Part shown: positions 47,952 through 57,644 of the stretch, one piece after another
How the letters are laid out: each line of letters opens with the position of its first letter
How positions within the stretch are numbered: the stretch's first letter is position 1
Assembly (NCBI GenBank): GCA_049287025.1
Contig: JBAQFA010000051.1
Coordinates: 1,697 to 65,696 of the forward strand
From: Candidatus Magasanikiibacteriota bacterium
GTDB lineage: Bacteria; Patescibacteriota; Patescibacteriia; Magasanikbacterales; UBA922
Direction: 5' to 3'
Length of the DNA: 64,000 bases
Notes under the pieces: generated by a model
Database searches by the model: none
Seen by the model: the letters and a program-made list of their open reading frames with translations, nothing else
Told to the model about the DNA's origin: nothing
Position numbers and translations under genes: made by a program

Positions 47952-48081
47952 TGTCTGTTTAGTAAGATAGGATTGCTGTATTTATTAAACAAAATCTGTT
48001 ATAAATCGCTTAATTTAGCTAAATTTTGGCCAAATGAAGCGGTTATATAACAATGTCGGCAAATCCGACTGAAAGGGAATC

Positions 48082-48459
48082 ATGAACCGCATGGTGGTTG
48101 TTGTGATCCTCGTTCTGCAGAGTCTGGCGACGGGTTGTATGGCCACGAGTGGTCATCAGTTCGATCGCGAGGTCGCCTGGGACAAATACCAGGCGGAGCA
48201 GAAGAAGGCTCAGGCCGAGGCTAAGGCCAAGGCCGACATCGATGGGGATAACATCCCCGACGCCAAGGACAACTGCCCGTTCGTGAAAACCTACGGGCAG
48301 GATCAGCGTGACTTCGACGCTGATGGCGTGGGCGACGCCTGCGACAACTGCCCGGAGAAGTCGAACGCCGATCAGGCGAACAACGACGCTGACAAGCTCG
48401 GCGACGCCTGCGACCCGTTCCCGCAATGCAACCCACAGTTCTACAACTGCGGGAGGTAG
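48082..48459 (+). CDS. lipoprotein with thrombospondin type-3 (TSP3) Ca-binding repeats, encoded in a high-GC foreign-looking island
   Basis: Signal peptide plus lipobox LATGC. Repeats [41 protein letters not shown] of the TSP3 type seen in OmpA-like proteins of high-GC Proteobacteria. GC-rich codon usage foreign to the rest of the window. Several overlapping alternative-frame ORFs are high-GC artefacts. Confidence 0.75.
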   Translation: MNRMVVVVILVLQSLATGCMATSGHQFDREVAWDKYQAEQKKAQAEAKAKADIDGDNIPDAKDNCPFVKTYGQDQRDFDADGVGDACDNCPEKSNADQANNDADKLGDACDPFPQCNPQFYNCGR

Positions 48460-48550
48460 CGTGGGGCTACGGACGAGGCGGGTGGATAGGTTCCAAAAGC
48501 AAGGCCAAGCGCTTTGCCAATGGACGATCCACTCGCCTCGAGACTATGAC

Positions 48551-48607
48551 GAGATTTGTTTAAGATGGGGAAACAAATCTCGGCTTCAATTACTTTATTC
48601 TTTTTTT
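48551..48607 (+). terminator. hairpin GAGATTTGTTT-aagatgggg-AAACAAATCTC then T-run 15 nt later (weak intrinsic terminator)
   Basis: 11-bp perfect stem. T-run not immediately adjacent. Confidence 0.4.
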
Positions 48608-48688
48608 AAAAAAAGGATAAAGTTGAGAAGAAAAAATTAACTATTTAAAAACTCGCTTGGTTGGCGAGTTTTTATTTATGTAAGTTTT

Positions 48689-49237
48689 TTAAATATTTTT
48701 TGTATCAAATATTTTTTCAAAATTTGGTCTGTGTATTATAAGTAGTATGACTGAAGGTATAGCAAAGTATAAAAACATTTTTATGTCATAACCACTAAAT
48801 CCTAAAACCAATCCAAAAATTACGATTGCTTCGCACATAGCAATACTTAATAAAAATGGTACGAGATAGGCAGATAATAATTTGAATTTTTGTAATTCAT
48901 TGATATCTAGGCTTTTTATTTTTTCTACATCATAACCATGTTCTGGTGATAGTGAATCAATCACACTACCCGCATCAATATATTTTTCTTTTACTTTACT
49001 GGTTGTTTGATTTAGCATAGTTTTTGGTAAGATAAAAGATGCTATAGCAAAAATTATTGCAAGGACAGCGAGGGTTATTGGTAGATTGGTGTCTGGAATA
49101 TTAGTAATGGTTCTTTCAGAAGACACAGTATATAGTACATAAAAATAAATAATTGGCGCAATCATAAAAGCTGTCCATAAAAGATAAAAGAGTTTTTTGG
49201 TTGGCTTAGTTAGTTCTTCAAATTGGGGTGAGGGCAT
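48689..49237 (-). CDS. hypothetical membrane protein (182 aa, ~4 TM)
   Basis: Hydrophobic ORF, no family recognised. Confidence 0.5.
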   Translation of the reverse strand: MPSPQFEELTKPTKKLFYLLWTAFMIAPIIYFYVLYTVSSERTITNIPDTNLPITLAVLAIIFAIASFILPKTMLNQTTSKVKEKYIDAGSVIDSLSPEHGYDVEKIKSLDINELQKFKLLSAYLVPFLLSIAMCEAIVIFGLVLGFSGYDIKMFLYFAIPSVILLIIHRPNFEKIFDTKNI

Positions 49238-49262
49238 ATTGTCTAAAAATTAAGATTAAATT

Positions 49263-49523
49263 TTATATAATAGCGGTAATGGCCGTGGTAATACCCAAAA
49301 TTATTCCTGGTATGTTGGCAATAATAATCGGCCAGTCGCGTTTGATTTTTAAAATACCATACAATGTCCAAGCTGTACAATTTATAGTCGTTATAATTGG
49401 TAGGACAATTGACCCTGGTTGGCCAGAAATGTTTAGTCTGATTTGGTCAATGTAAGAAAAATACATCGCGACCGCCATAAAGGAGGCAAACCAACCTATT
49501 TTGTCCACGATTTTTTCGTTCAT
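49263..49523 (-). CDS. SemiSWEET sugar transporter (PQ-loop, 3 TM)
   Basis: 86 aa, three TM helices. Strong resemblance to bacterial SemiSWEETs (WTLYGILKIKRDWPIIIANIPGIILG vs the canonical ...WFVYGIL....PIILAN... block). Confidence 0.75.
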   Translation of the reverse strand: MNEKIVDKIGWFASFMAVAMYFSYIDQIRLNISGQPGSIVLPIITTINCTAWTLYGILKIKRDWPIIIANIPGIILGITTAITAII

Positions 49524-49649
49524 ATTTTTTATGTTATCCTGAGTCCTGATGTTGATTGGGATAAACTTTGTTGAAGGATCACTTTTATTAATGCATTAAA
49601 GTAAGGGATTCTTCGCTACGCTCAGAATGACAGTATTATACCTAAAAAT

Positions 49650-49678
49650 CAACATTGAAACAAACTAATATTTTTGGT
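49650..49678 (+). promoter_or_regulatory. sigma70-like promoter TTGAAA-N17-TATAAT for gpmI-1
   Basis: ttgaaacaaactaatatttttggtataat, 15 nt upstream of the ATG. Confidence 0.55.
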
Positions 49679-49692
49679 ATAATGTCTTTACT

Positions 49693-51276
49693 ATGCTAAA
49701 AAAAGCCAAAACTCAGAAAAAACCAATAGTTTTAGCCATTTTGGATGGTTTTGCTTTGGCGAGTCAAAAAAATAAAGGCAATGCTATTACTCCTGAGACC
49801 GCTCCGCATATTTTTTCTTATCTCAAAAAATATTCCAATTCCACTCTCAAAACTTTTGGAGAAAATGTTGGTTTGTTTCCTGAACAACAGGGTAATTCTG
49901 AAGCTGGGCATATTAATATTGGCGCGGGCAGAATTGTAAAACAAGATTTGGTTGTGATTTCCGAAGCGATTCATGATGGCACTTTTTTCAAAAATGAAGC
50001 TTTCAAACAAGCGATTCACCATATCAAAAAATACAATACCTCGGCTCATGTGATGGGATTATTGACTGATGGTAATAGCGCCCATGCATATCCTGAACAT
50101 TTTTATGCCATGTTAGAATTATTCCGTCGAGAAGGCATAGACAAAGTTTATTTGCATTTGTTTACTGATGGCCGAGATTCGTCTCCGCATGGATCGGCTC
50201 ATTTTCTCAAGGAGTTGCGTACTCATATGTTGGGTAAAGAAAAGATTGCCACTATCATGGGTCGGTTTTATGCTATGGATAGAAACAAGATTTGGGAGAG
50301 AACACAAAAAGCTTATGAAGCCATGGTTTTGGGCAAGGGTTGTGTCGCTCCGAGTGCCGAAGAAGCTTTGTCACAATCATACAATCGAGGTGATACTGAT
50401 GAATATATTTGTCCTTCTGTCATTGTAGAAAACCCTTCGATAGGATCAGGACCAGCTAAACCAACTGGTCTGATAAAAGATAATGATGCTATTTTTTTTG
50501 TTAATGCTAGAAGTGATCGAGCGCGTCAGATTACCAAAGCTTTTGTACAATCAGATTTTAATAAAATGAATCCTGGTTCTTTCAAAAGAACCAAACAACC
50601 AAAAAATACTCGCTTTGTCGCTATGACAGATTTTGGTCCAGATTTGCCAGATATTTTTACGGCTTTTCCTAGCCCAGATATTGCCAATTGTTTGCCTTTG
50701 GTAATAGATGGCAATTATAAACAATTGTATATTTCTGAAACCGAAAAATATGCGCACGTCACTTACTTTATCAATGGCGGTTTTGCTGACCCCCTCAATG
50801 GCGAAGAGCGAGAATTAATAAAATCTCCGCCAATTCGTTCTTATGCGGATAAGCCTGAGATGAATACCAAATTAATGGTAGAAAAAATTGTAAAATATTT
50901 AAACACGGGCAAATATAATTTTATTTGTGTTAATTTTCCTAATACTGATATGGTGGGTCATACGGGAGATTTAGTGGCTGCACAAAAAGCCGTGACAATT
51001 GTTGATAATGCTGTAGCAAAAATTGTAGAAATAATTTTGAAATTAGATGGGCAAATGTTAATTACGGCTGATCATGGCAATGCTGATGAAATGGTAAATG
51101 AAAAAACTGGAGAGATTATGACTGAGCACACCAAAAATCCTGTGCCATTTATTTTAGTCAAAAAAGGTAAAAAAATAAAAATGAAAAATGGTATTTTGGC
51201 TGATGTCGCGCCCACCCTTTTGAAAATGATGGAAATAAAACAGCCGGAAGAAATGACAGGCAAACCTTTGGTTTGA
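49693..51276 (+). CDS. gpmI: 2,3-bisphosphoglycerate-independent phosphoglycerate mutase, copy 1
   Basis: 527 aa. VLAILDGFAL N-terminus, GNSEAGH (catalytic Ser), ADHGNA C-terminal block. Confidence 0.92.
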   Translation: MLKKAKTQKKPIVLAILDGFALASQKNKGNAITPETAPHIFSYLKKYSNSTLKTFGENVGLFPEQQGNSEAGHINIGAGRIVKQDLVVISEAIHDGTFFKNEAFKQAIHHIKKYNTSAHVMGLLTDGNSAHAYPEHFYAMLELFRREGIDKVYLHLFTDGRDSSPHGSAHFLKELRTHMLGKEKIATIMGRFYAMDRNKIWERTQKAYEAMVLGKGCVAPSAEEALSQSYNRGDTDEYICPSVIVENPSIGSGPAKPTGLIKDNDAIFFVNARSDRARQITKAFVQSDFNKMNPGSFKRTKQPKNTRFVAMTDFGPDLPDIFTAFPSPDIANCLPLVIDGNYKQLYISETEKYAHVTYFINGGFADPLNGEERELIKSPPIRSYADKPEMNTKLMVEKIVKYLNTGKYNFICVNFPNTDMVGHTGDLVAAQKAVTIVDNAVAKIVEIILKLDGQMLITADHGNADEMVNEKTGEIMTEHTKNPVPFILVKKGKKIKMKNGILADVAPTLLKMMEIKQPEEMTGKPLV

Positions 51277-51323
51277 AATTAATCTAATTATTCTAATTGA
51301 CCTAATTAACCTAAAAAATTATC

Positions 51324-51346
51324 AATGTCTAATTTAGAATAATTAG
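51324..51346 (+). repeat. intergenic repeat family copy C (internally deleted derivative: AATGTCTAAT-T-TAGAATAATTAG)
   Basis: Retains both ends of copies A/B and lacks the central ~40 nt. Embedded in an AATTAG-rich spacer (51279-51375). Confidence 0.65.
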
Positions 51347-51411
51347 TATAATTAGGTTAATTAGAAATTTGAGAAATTATTATAGTAAAAAGACATATCA
51401 TAAAATAAATT

Positions 51412-52986
51412 ATGAAAAACAAACCAGTTGTTTTGGCTATCCTCGACGGTTGGGGCGTGGCGCCCGATGGAGAAGGGAATGCCATTACTCAGGCTAAACT
51501 ACCAAATTTTAATAAATTTGTTCGTGAATATCCAGTCATGACTCTGCATGCTTCGGGCAATGAGGTTGGTCTTATGTTTGGTCAAATGGGAAATTCTGAA
51601 GTCGGACATCTAAACATTGGTGCCGGCCGAGTTTATTATCAATCATTACCACGAATTACTCATCATGTTAATGATGGGAGTTTTTTTGCCAATAAAGCTT
51701 TTGTAAGAGCGGCTGAACAAGTGAAAAAAAATGACTCTGCTCTGCATATTATCGGCCTAATTAGTCCGGGCAATGTCCATTCTAGCCAAGATCATTGTTT
51801 TGCTTTGCTTGATTTTGCCAAAAGACAGAAAATAAAAAATGTGTATATTCATGTAATTCTAGATGGTCGAGATTGTATATATAATTCGGGAATTGATTTT
51901 GTCAAAGAATTACAAAAGAAAATAAAAGAATATCATCGCGGAGAAATTGCTTCTATTTCTGGTCGTTTTTTTGCTATGGATAGAGACAACCGTTGGGATC
52001 GGACCGAAAAAGCTTACAATGCGATGGCCATGGGGGTGGCAGAAAAATATTTTAAAGATCCAATTGATGCAATTGAAGAATCATATAAACGAGAAGTTTA
52101 TGATGAAGAATTTGTCCCAGTGGTAATTGGTAAAGAAGGTAAACCAACCGCGACTATAAAAAATGGTGATGCTTGTATATTTTTTAATTTTCGTCCGGAT
52201 CGAGCGCGACAATTAACCAAAGCCTTTGTCTTGCCTGGGTTTAATAAATTTACCAGAGAATATATTAAGGATTTATGTTTTGTGACTATGACAGAATATG
52301 AAAAAGAATTACCCATTGTCGTGGCTTATGGCCCACAGGTAGTACACAATTCTTTGGCCGAGACAATTAGTAAAGCAGGATTAAAACAATTTCATGTGGC
52401 TGAGACTACTAAGTATGCACATATTACATATTTTCTCAATGGTACAGTGGAAGACCCGTTTCCTTGTGAAGAAAGAAAAATTGTTCCCTCAGTTATGGTG
52501 TCATCTTATGATCAGGCACCAGAAATGTCTGCCGGAGAAATCACCAAGGAAGTAGTTAAGGCTATAGAATCAGGAAAGTACGATGCTGTTATGTTGAACT
52601 ATGCCAATGTTGATATGGTGGGGCATACTGGTAAAATGAAAGCTACAATTGAAGCGTGTGAAATGGTGGACAAATGTTTAGGAACAGTGGCCGAACATGT
52701 GTTGGCAAAAAATGGTGTCTTACTTATTACCGCTGATCATGGCAATGCCGAAGAAGTAAAAAATTTACAAACTGGAGCCATTGATAAAGAACATTCTACC
52801 AATCCAGTTCCTTTTATAATTATTAGTAATGAATTGCGTGGTCAAGCTGGACCAACTGGAGATCCACCTGAGGGTGATCTTAGTTTGATGCCACCGGTAG
52901 GGATGTTAGGTGATGTTGCTCCAACCATGCTTTCAATTATGGGAGTAGAAGTGCCAAAGGAGATGACAGGACGGAGTTTGATTTGA
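51412..52986 (+). CDS. gpmI: 2,3-bisphosphoglycerate-independent phosphoglycerate mutase, copy 2 (divergent tandem paralog)
   Basis: 524 aa. VVLAILDGWGVAPDG, GNSEVGH, ADHGNAEE. Same domain order as copy 1 but clearly diverged. Confidence 0.9.
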   Translation: MKNKPVVLAILDGWGVAPDGEGNAITQAKLPNFNKFVREYPVMTLHASGNEVGLMFGQMGNSEVGHLNIGAGRVYYQSLPRITHHVNDGSFFANKAFVRAAEQVKKNDSALHIIGLISPGNVHSSQDHCFALLDFAKRQKIKNVYIHVILDGRDCIYNSGIDFVKELQKKIKEYHRGEIASISGRFFAMDRDNRWDRTEKAYNAMAMGVAEKYFKDPIDAIEESYKREVYDEEFVPVVIGKEGKPTATIKNGDACIFFNFRPDRARQLTKAFVLPGFNKFTREYIKDLCFVTMTEYEKELPIVVAYGPQVVHNSLAETISKAGLKQFHVAETTKYAHITYFLNGTVEDPFPCEERKIVPSVMVSSYDQAPEMSAGEITKEVVKAIESGKYDAVMLNYANVDMVGHTGKMKATIEACEMVDKCLGTVAEHVLAKNGVLLITADHGNAEEVKNLQTGAIDKEHSTNPVPFIIISNELRGQAGPTGDPPEGDLSLMPPVGMLGDVAPTMLSIMGVEVPKEMTGRSLI

Positions 52987-53032
52987 AATTCACCTAATTA
53001 TCTAATTTCTAATTCACCTAATAAAAATTAAA

Positions 53033-53440
53033 ATGTCTAAGAATGAAAATAAAAAGCAATATGATTTGGAAGAAAGGACAGCAAAATTTGGTGAAGAAAT
53101 AATTGATTGGATAAAAATATTACCAAAAGATGATATTACAAAACGTCTGATACCTCAGCTAGTTGCTTGTGCTACCGCTGTAGGTGCAAATTATTGTGAA
53201 GCGGACTGTGCAGAAAGTAACAAAGATTTTATTCATAAAATGTCTATTGCTAATAAAGAAGCAAAAGAGTCAAAACATTTTATTAGAATGTTGTCAAAAG
53301 TTTTTCCTGAACAGATACAAAACGGTAGAAAATTGTGGAAAGAGGCACATGAATTAAATTTAATATTTACTACTATTGTTAAAAAAGCAAGAATTACTGA
53401 AGAGAATAATAAAATTAACAATGATGAAAAAAATAGATAA
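53033..53440 (+). CDS. four-helix-bundle protein (TIGR02436 / rRNA-IVS-type protein family)
   Basis: 135 aa. TAVGANYCEA...SNKDFIHKMSIANKEAKESKHFIRML matches the GANIAEG...S.KDF.HKL.IA.KEA.ET.YWL core. Confidence 0.75.
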   Translation: MSKNENKKQYDLEERTAKFGEEIIDWIKILPKDDITKRLIPQLVACATAVGANYCEADCAESNKDFIHKMSIANKEAKESKHFIRMLSKVFPEQIQNGRKLWKEAHELNLIFTTIVKKARITEENNKINNDEKNR

Positions 53441-53504
53441 ATTTGATATTTTTGTCTTGGGTATTTTATTAGGTGAATTAGCCAATTAGGTGAATTAGAA
53501 ATTA

Positions 53505-53534
53505 AAAACCATGGTTTTTTCCACGGTTTTTTGT
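53505..53534. terminator. bidirectional terminator between convergent genes (AAAAACCATGGTTTTTTCCACGGTTTTTTG)
   Basis: Palindromic CCATGG-centred hairpin flanked by A- and T-runs. Confidence 0.5.
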
Positions 53535-53553
53535 TTTATATTTTAATCTTATC

Positions 53554-54711
53554 TTATACAGCCAATTGTCTTTTGATATACGCAATCACTTCTTCTTCCA
53601 CCTCTTTCAATGTCTTATTTTGGATCACGGCAATCGCTTGTTTTTTATCGCCTTTAGTTGGTTGAAATGATTTTAAGAGTTCGTGAGCATTATAATTTTT
53701 ATTGGTTTTGAGAATCACATGAATACTTGGTATGTTCAAGTTATTATTTTGTTCGTAAAATAATATAGTTAAGTTAGCCTCAGGTGAATTACTAATTAGT
53801 TCTTCTACAATATCATAGAGCTCATTTGCCTCAGCGCCAGATCTCACAAAATCATCGCGAGTAATTGTGGTCCAAACCAAACCATTGGATTTGTCATGTT
53901 GAATATGTGATAGAGCTTGGCCCCAGAGTTTGAGAGTAGAGAGTGATCTAGTACGATAAAGATTTTGGACAATATAGTCTCGGTCTGCCCCCAAGCTCAT
54001 AAGTTTGCTCGCCAAGTTTAGAGTATTGGGTTTTATATTTTGGGTTTTGAAGCTATGAGTATTTACAATAATCGCTGTCAAAAGCGCAGTGGCCACATCC
54101 TCATTCATGTGTTCATTGCCAATATTATCAAGCATATTAGCGAGTATCTCTCCGACTGAAGTGGCAGTGGAATCTATCAGATTAATTTGGCCAAAATGTT
54201 CATTACCAGTGTGGTGGTCAATATTTATGACTGGCTTATTATAAAAAAGCTCGGTGTTGTTGTCGTATATCGAACCAAGACTACTTAATTCTTGCGTATT
54301 TAAAACAAAAATCAAATCATATTTAAAATCAGATTGGGCAGTGCGGACATCATCGCGAGTGAGAAAACCCTGTTTGGGCGTGACAAAAATTCTTAATTTT
54401 TCATCTTTTAGGTCATAGCTAAGTTCATGTACACCAGTCTTATCAGTATTGACTGTAATAACAAATTTTTGCAAATGAGAAAAATTGTTTTTAATAACAG
54501 CTGACTTTTTTAAAAATTTTAAATTATTAGGTAAAACAAAATTTTGCGATACAATATCTACTCGCTTGCCCAGACTTTCCAAAAACAAAGCCAAAGCCAC
54601 ACTAGAGGCAATTGCATCACCAGTGTCTTCGGGTTGAAAAGTAATCAAAATATCTTTCTTACTCTCCAACAGCTTTTTGATTTGTTCGTATTCAGTGAGT
54701 GACATAAACAC
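53554..54711 (-). CDS. nrnA: DHH-family phosphoesterase, bifunctional oligoribonuclease/pAp phosphatase NrnA-like
   Basis: 385 aa. DHH motif (INIDHHTGNEHFG), DHHA1-like C-terminal domain. Confidence 0.85.
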   Translation of the reverse strand: MFMSLTEYEQIKKLLESKKDILITFQPEDTGDAIASSVALALFLESLGKRVDIVSQNFVLPNNLKFLKKSAVIKNNFSHLQKFVITVNTDKTGVHELSYDLKDEKLRIFVTPKQGFLTRDDVRTAQSDFKYDLIFVLNTQELSSLGSIYDNNTELFYNKPVINIDHHTGNEHFGQINLIDSTATSVGEILANMLDNIGNEHMNEDVATALLTAIIVNTHSFKTQNIKPNTLNLASKLMSLGADRDYIVQNLYRTRSLSTLKLWGQALSHIQHDKSNGLVWTTITRDDFVRSGAEANELYDIVEELISNSPEANLTILFYEQNNNLNIPSIHVILKTNKNYNAHELLKSFQPTKGDKKQAIAVIQNKTLKEVEEEVIAYIKRQLAV

Positions 54712-54976
54712 ACAAAAATGGGCTTTAAGCCCTTTTACTCTGTTTCAGACAGAATAAATGATTATACCAAATGTTTAGTTTATTGTCAACCTAGCCAAAT
54801 TCATATAATTGTGGACAAGTTTTTCGCTAAAATTAGAGCTTTCTTGCCTTTTTGTAGAATATCTAGTAGAATATTATCATGTAGCATACAACATTTATCA
54901 TGAATCAAGTAGTAGATTCTTGTTATATTTTGTTTATTTTTATGTTACATGTTATATGTTAAATGTTTTATGATCT

Positions 54977-57640
54977 ATGGATAAAGCTTACGAATCACAA
55001 AAATACGAAGATGAGATTTACAAACGCTGGGAAGAAAGTGGATTTTTTGATCCTGATGTTTGTATTGAGAAAGGTGTAACAAGCAAAGACGCGAAACCTT
55101 TTACAATTGTTTTACCTCCACCTAACGCAACTGGGTCACTTCATGTTGGTCATGCGATGATGTTGGCTTTAGAGGATTTAATGATACGTTATCATAGGAT
55201 GAAAGGAGAGAAAACTTTGTGGATACCAGGTACTGATCATGCTGCGATCGCGACCAATGCTATTGTAGAAAAACAATTAGCCAAAGAAGGTAAGACAAAA
55301 AATGATTTGGGTAGAGAAAAATATGTTGAGAGAGTAAAAGATTATATAAAGAATTCACAAGATAATATTCGTAATCAAGTTCGTAAAATGGGTTCTAGTT
55401 TGGACTGGAATAGAGAAGCTTATACTTGGGATGAGGAAAGAAATTTGGCTGTTAGAACCATGTTTAAAAAAATGTATGATGATGGTTTGATATATCGGGG
55501 TTTGAGAATTGTAAATTGGTGCCCACATTGCCATTCAACTTTGGCTGATGATGAAGTAATTTATAAAGAGCAAACAACTAAATTTTATTATTTTAAGTTT
55601 GGTCCAGTAATAATTGGTACGGCTCGGCCCGAAACTAAATTTTTGGATAAAACTATTATTGTCCATCCAGATGATGAGAAATATAAAAAAATACAGGGTA
55701 AAGAATTTGATATGGAGTGGATTGGTGGAAAAATAAAGTGTAATGTTATTGCTGACCCAGCATCTGATCCCGAGTTTGGTACAGGGGCGATGACTATTAC
55801 TCCAGCACATAGTTTTGAAGATTATGCTTTGGCACAAAAATATAATTTGCCAGTGGTCCAAATTATTGATGAGGATGGTAATTTTACTGAAGCTGCAGGC
55901 GAATTTGCTGGTAAAAATGCTTATGCTAGTCGTGAAGAAATTGTTAAAATTTTAGCGAACAAAGGTTTAGTAGATCATATCGATGAAAATTATGTTCATA
56001 ATCTTTCAATTTGTTACCGTTGTAAAAATCCAGTTGAACCATTACCGTCTAAACAATGGTTTGTGGATGTAAACAAAGAATTTAATTTTAATCAGTCAAA
56101 AAATCACCCGATTGTAGGATTAAAAGATAAACAGTTAGTGACTTTGAAAAAATTGATGCAACAAGTGGTGAATAATAAGCAAATTGAAATAATACCAGAA
56201 AGATTTAATGCTACATATTTTCATTGGATAAATAATTTGCGTGATTGGTGTATTAGTCGTCAGATTTGGGTAGGTCATCAAATACCAGTATGGTATAAAA
56301 AGGGGTCAAATGAAATTTTTGTTGATATTGAACCACCAAAAGATATTGACAATTGGGAACGTGATCCAGATAATTTAGATACTTGGTTTAGTGCTGGACT
56401 TTGGACTTTTTCTACACTTGGCTGGCCCAATAAAGTAGATAAAGATTTGAAAATTTATCACCCTACGGCAGTGTTAGAAACTATGTTTGATATCCTATTT
56501 TTTTGGGTGGCCAGAATGATTATGATGTCTACTTACGCTTTAGGTGAAATTCCTTTTGAGAAAGTATATTTACATGCTCGAGTTTTGGATAAAGATGGAG
56601 AAAAAATGAGCAAATCTAAACCAGAGACTATGATTGATCCTTTGGATGTTTGTAAAAAATATGGTACGGATGCCGTTAGACTCTCTATGTTGTTGGGTGT
56701 TTCTCCAGGTGCAGATATTAAGATGTCAATTGAAAAAATTGAAGGTTTTAGAAATTTTTCTAATAAGTTGTGGAATATTGCTCGGTTTATCATGATGCAG
56801 ATAGCAGATAGCAAATGTCAGATGACAATAGACAAACCAACTCCAAAGACACTGGTGGATAAATGGATTTTATCTCGCCTGGCTTTTGTTGCAGAGCAAA
56901 TCACCACCAACATAGAACAATTTCAATTTTCCCAAGCAGGTGAAATGTTGCGTGATTTTACTTGGAATGAATTGGCTGACTGGTATTTAGAGATTGCCAA
57001 GATTGAGGGTGGCAAAAGTGAAATACTAAACTATATTTTAAATACGATTCTGAAATTGTGGCATCCTTTTATGCCTTTTGTAACCGAACAAATATGGACA
57101 GAAATATACGGTGAAGAAAAAATGCTTATGGTAGAAAAATGGCCAATTTGTCATTCTGAACTTGTTTCAGAATCTTTTGAAGGATTTGAATTGGTTAAAA
57201 ATATAATAACTGGCATTCGTTCTCTTCGTGCAGAAAATAAAATTGAACCAGTGAAAAAATTAAATGTTGTAATTTCTGCGGGCGATAAAGTTGAACTGCT
57301 CCAAGAAAATTCCGAGATTATTAAAGTTTTAGCTAGATTAGAAAATTTACAAATTCAAGAGACAACCACTAAACCAGTCGGTAGTATTGGTTTTGTTGAG
57401 AGTGGTGTAGAAGTTTTTGTAGATTTGTCCGGTGCCGTAGATATTGAAAAAGAAACAGCTAGACTAGAAAAAGAAAAACAAGAACTGGGAAAATATGTTA
57501 AAGGCCTAGAAGGAAAACTTGGTAACAAAGAATTTGTAAGTAATGCTCCGCCAACTGTAGTTGAAAAAGAACAACAAAAATTAAGTGAGGCAAAGGATAA
57601 ATTAGCCAAAATTGAGGGACAATTAAATAATTTAAAATAA
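54977..57640 (+). CDS. valS: valine--tRNA ligase
   Basis: 887 aa. HIGH as PPPNATGSLHVGHAM, KMSKS as KMSKSK, C-terminal coiled-coil typical of ValRS. Confidence 0.95.
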   Translation: MDKAYESQKYEDEIYKRWEESGFFDPDVCIEKGVTSKDAKPFTIVLPPPNATGSLHVGHAMMLALEDLMIRYHRMKGEKTLWIPGTDHAAIATNAIVEKQLAKEGKTKNDLGREKYVERVKDYIKNSQDNIRNQVRKMGSSLDWNREAYTWDEERNLAVRTMFKKMYDDGLIYRGLRIVNWCPHCHSTLADDEVIYKEQTTKFYYFKFGPVIIGTARPETKFLDKTIIVHPDDEKYKKIQGKEFDMEWIGGKIKCNVIADPASDPEFGTGAMTITPAHSFEDYALAQKYNLPVVQIIDEDGNFTEAAGEFAGKNAYASREEIVKILANKGLVDHIDENYVHNLSICYRCKNPVEPLPSKQWFVDVNKEFNFNQSKNHPIVGLKDKQLVTLKKLMQQVVNNKQIEIIPERFNATYFHWINNLRDWCISRQIWVGHQIPVWYKKGSNEIFVDIEPPKDIDNWERDPDNLDTWFSAGLWTFSTLGWPNKVDKDLKIYHPTAVLETMFDILFFWVARMIMMSTYALGEIPFEKVYLHARVLDKDGEKMSKSKPETMIDPLDVCKKYGTDAVRLSMLLGVSPGADIKMSIEKIEGFRNFSNKLWNIARFIMMQIADSKCQMTIDKPTPKTLVDKWILSRLAFVAEQITTNIEQFQFSQAGEMLRDFTWNELADWYLEIAKIEGGKSEILNYILNTILKLWHPFMPFVTEQIWTEIYGEEKMLMVEKWPICHSELVSESFEGFELVKNIITGIRSLRAENKIEPVKKLNVVISAGDKVELLQENSEIIKVLARLENLQIQETTTKPVGSIGFVESGVEVFVDLSGAVDIEKETARLEKEKQELGKYVKGLEGKLGNKEFVSNAPPTVVEKEQQKLSEAKDKLAKIEGQLNNLK

Positions 57641-57644
57641 TTTT

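Noticed and set aside
48043-48640. Overlapping ORFs 48043-48426(-), 48221-48436(-), 48308-48640(+) in the second GC-rich island
   Set aside because: Long open frames in all phases are expected in ~60% GC DNA. Only 48082-48459(+) has a signal peptide/lipobox and TSP3 repeats.
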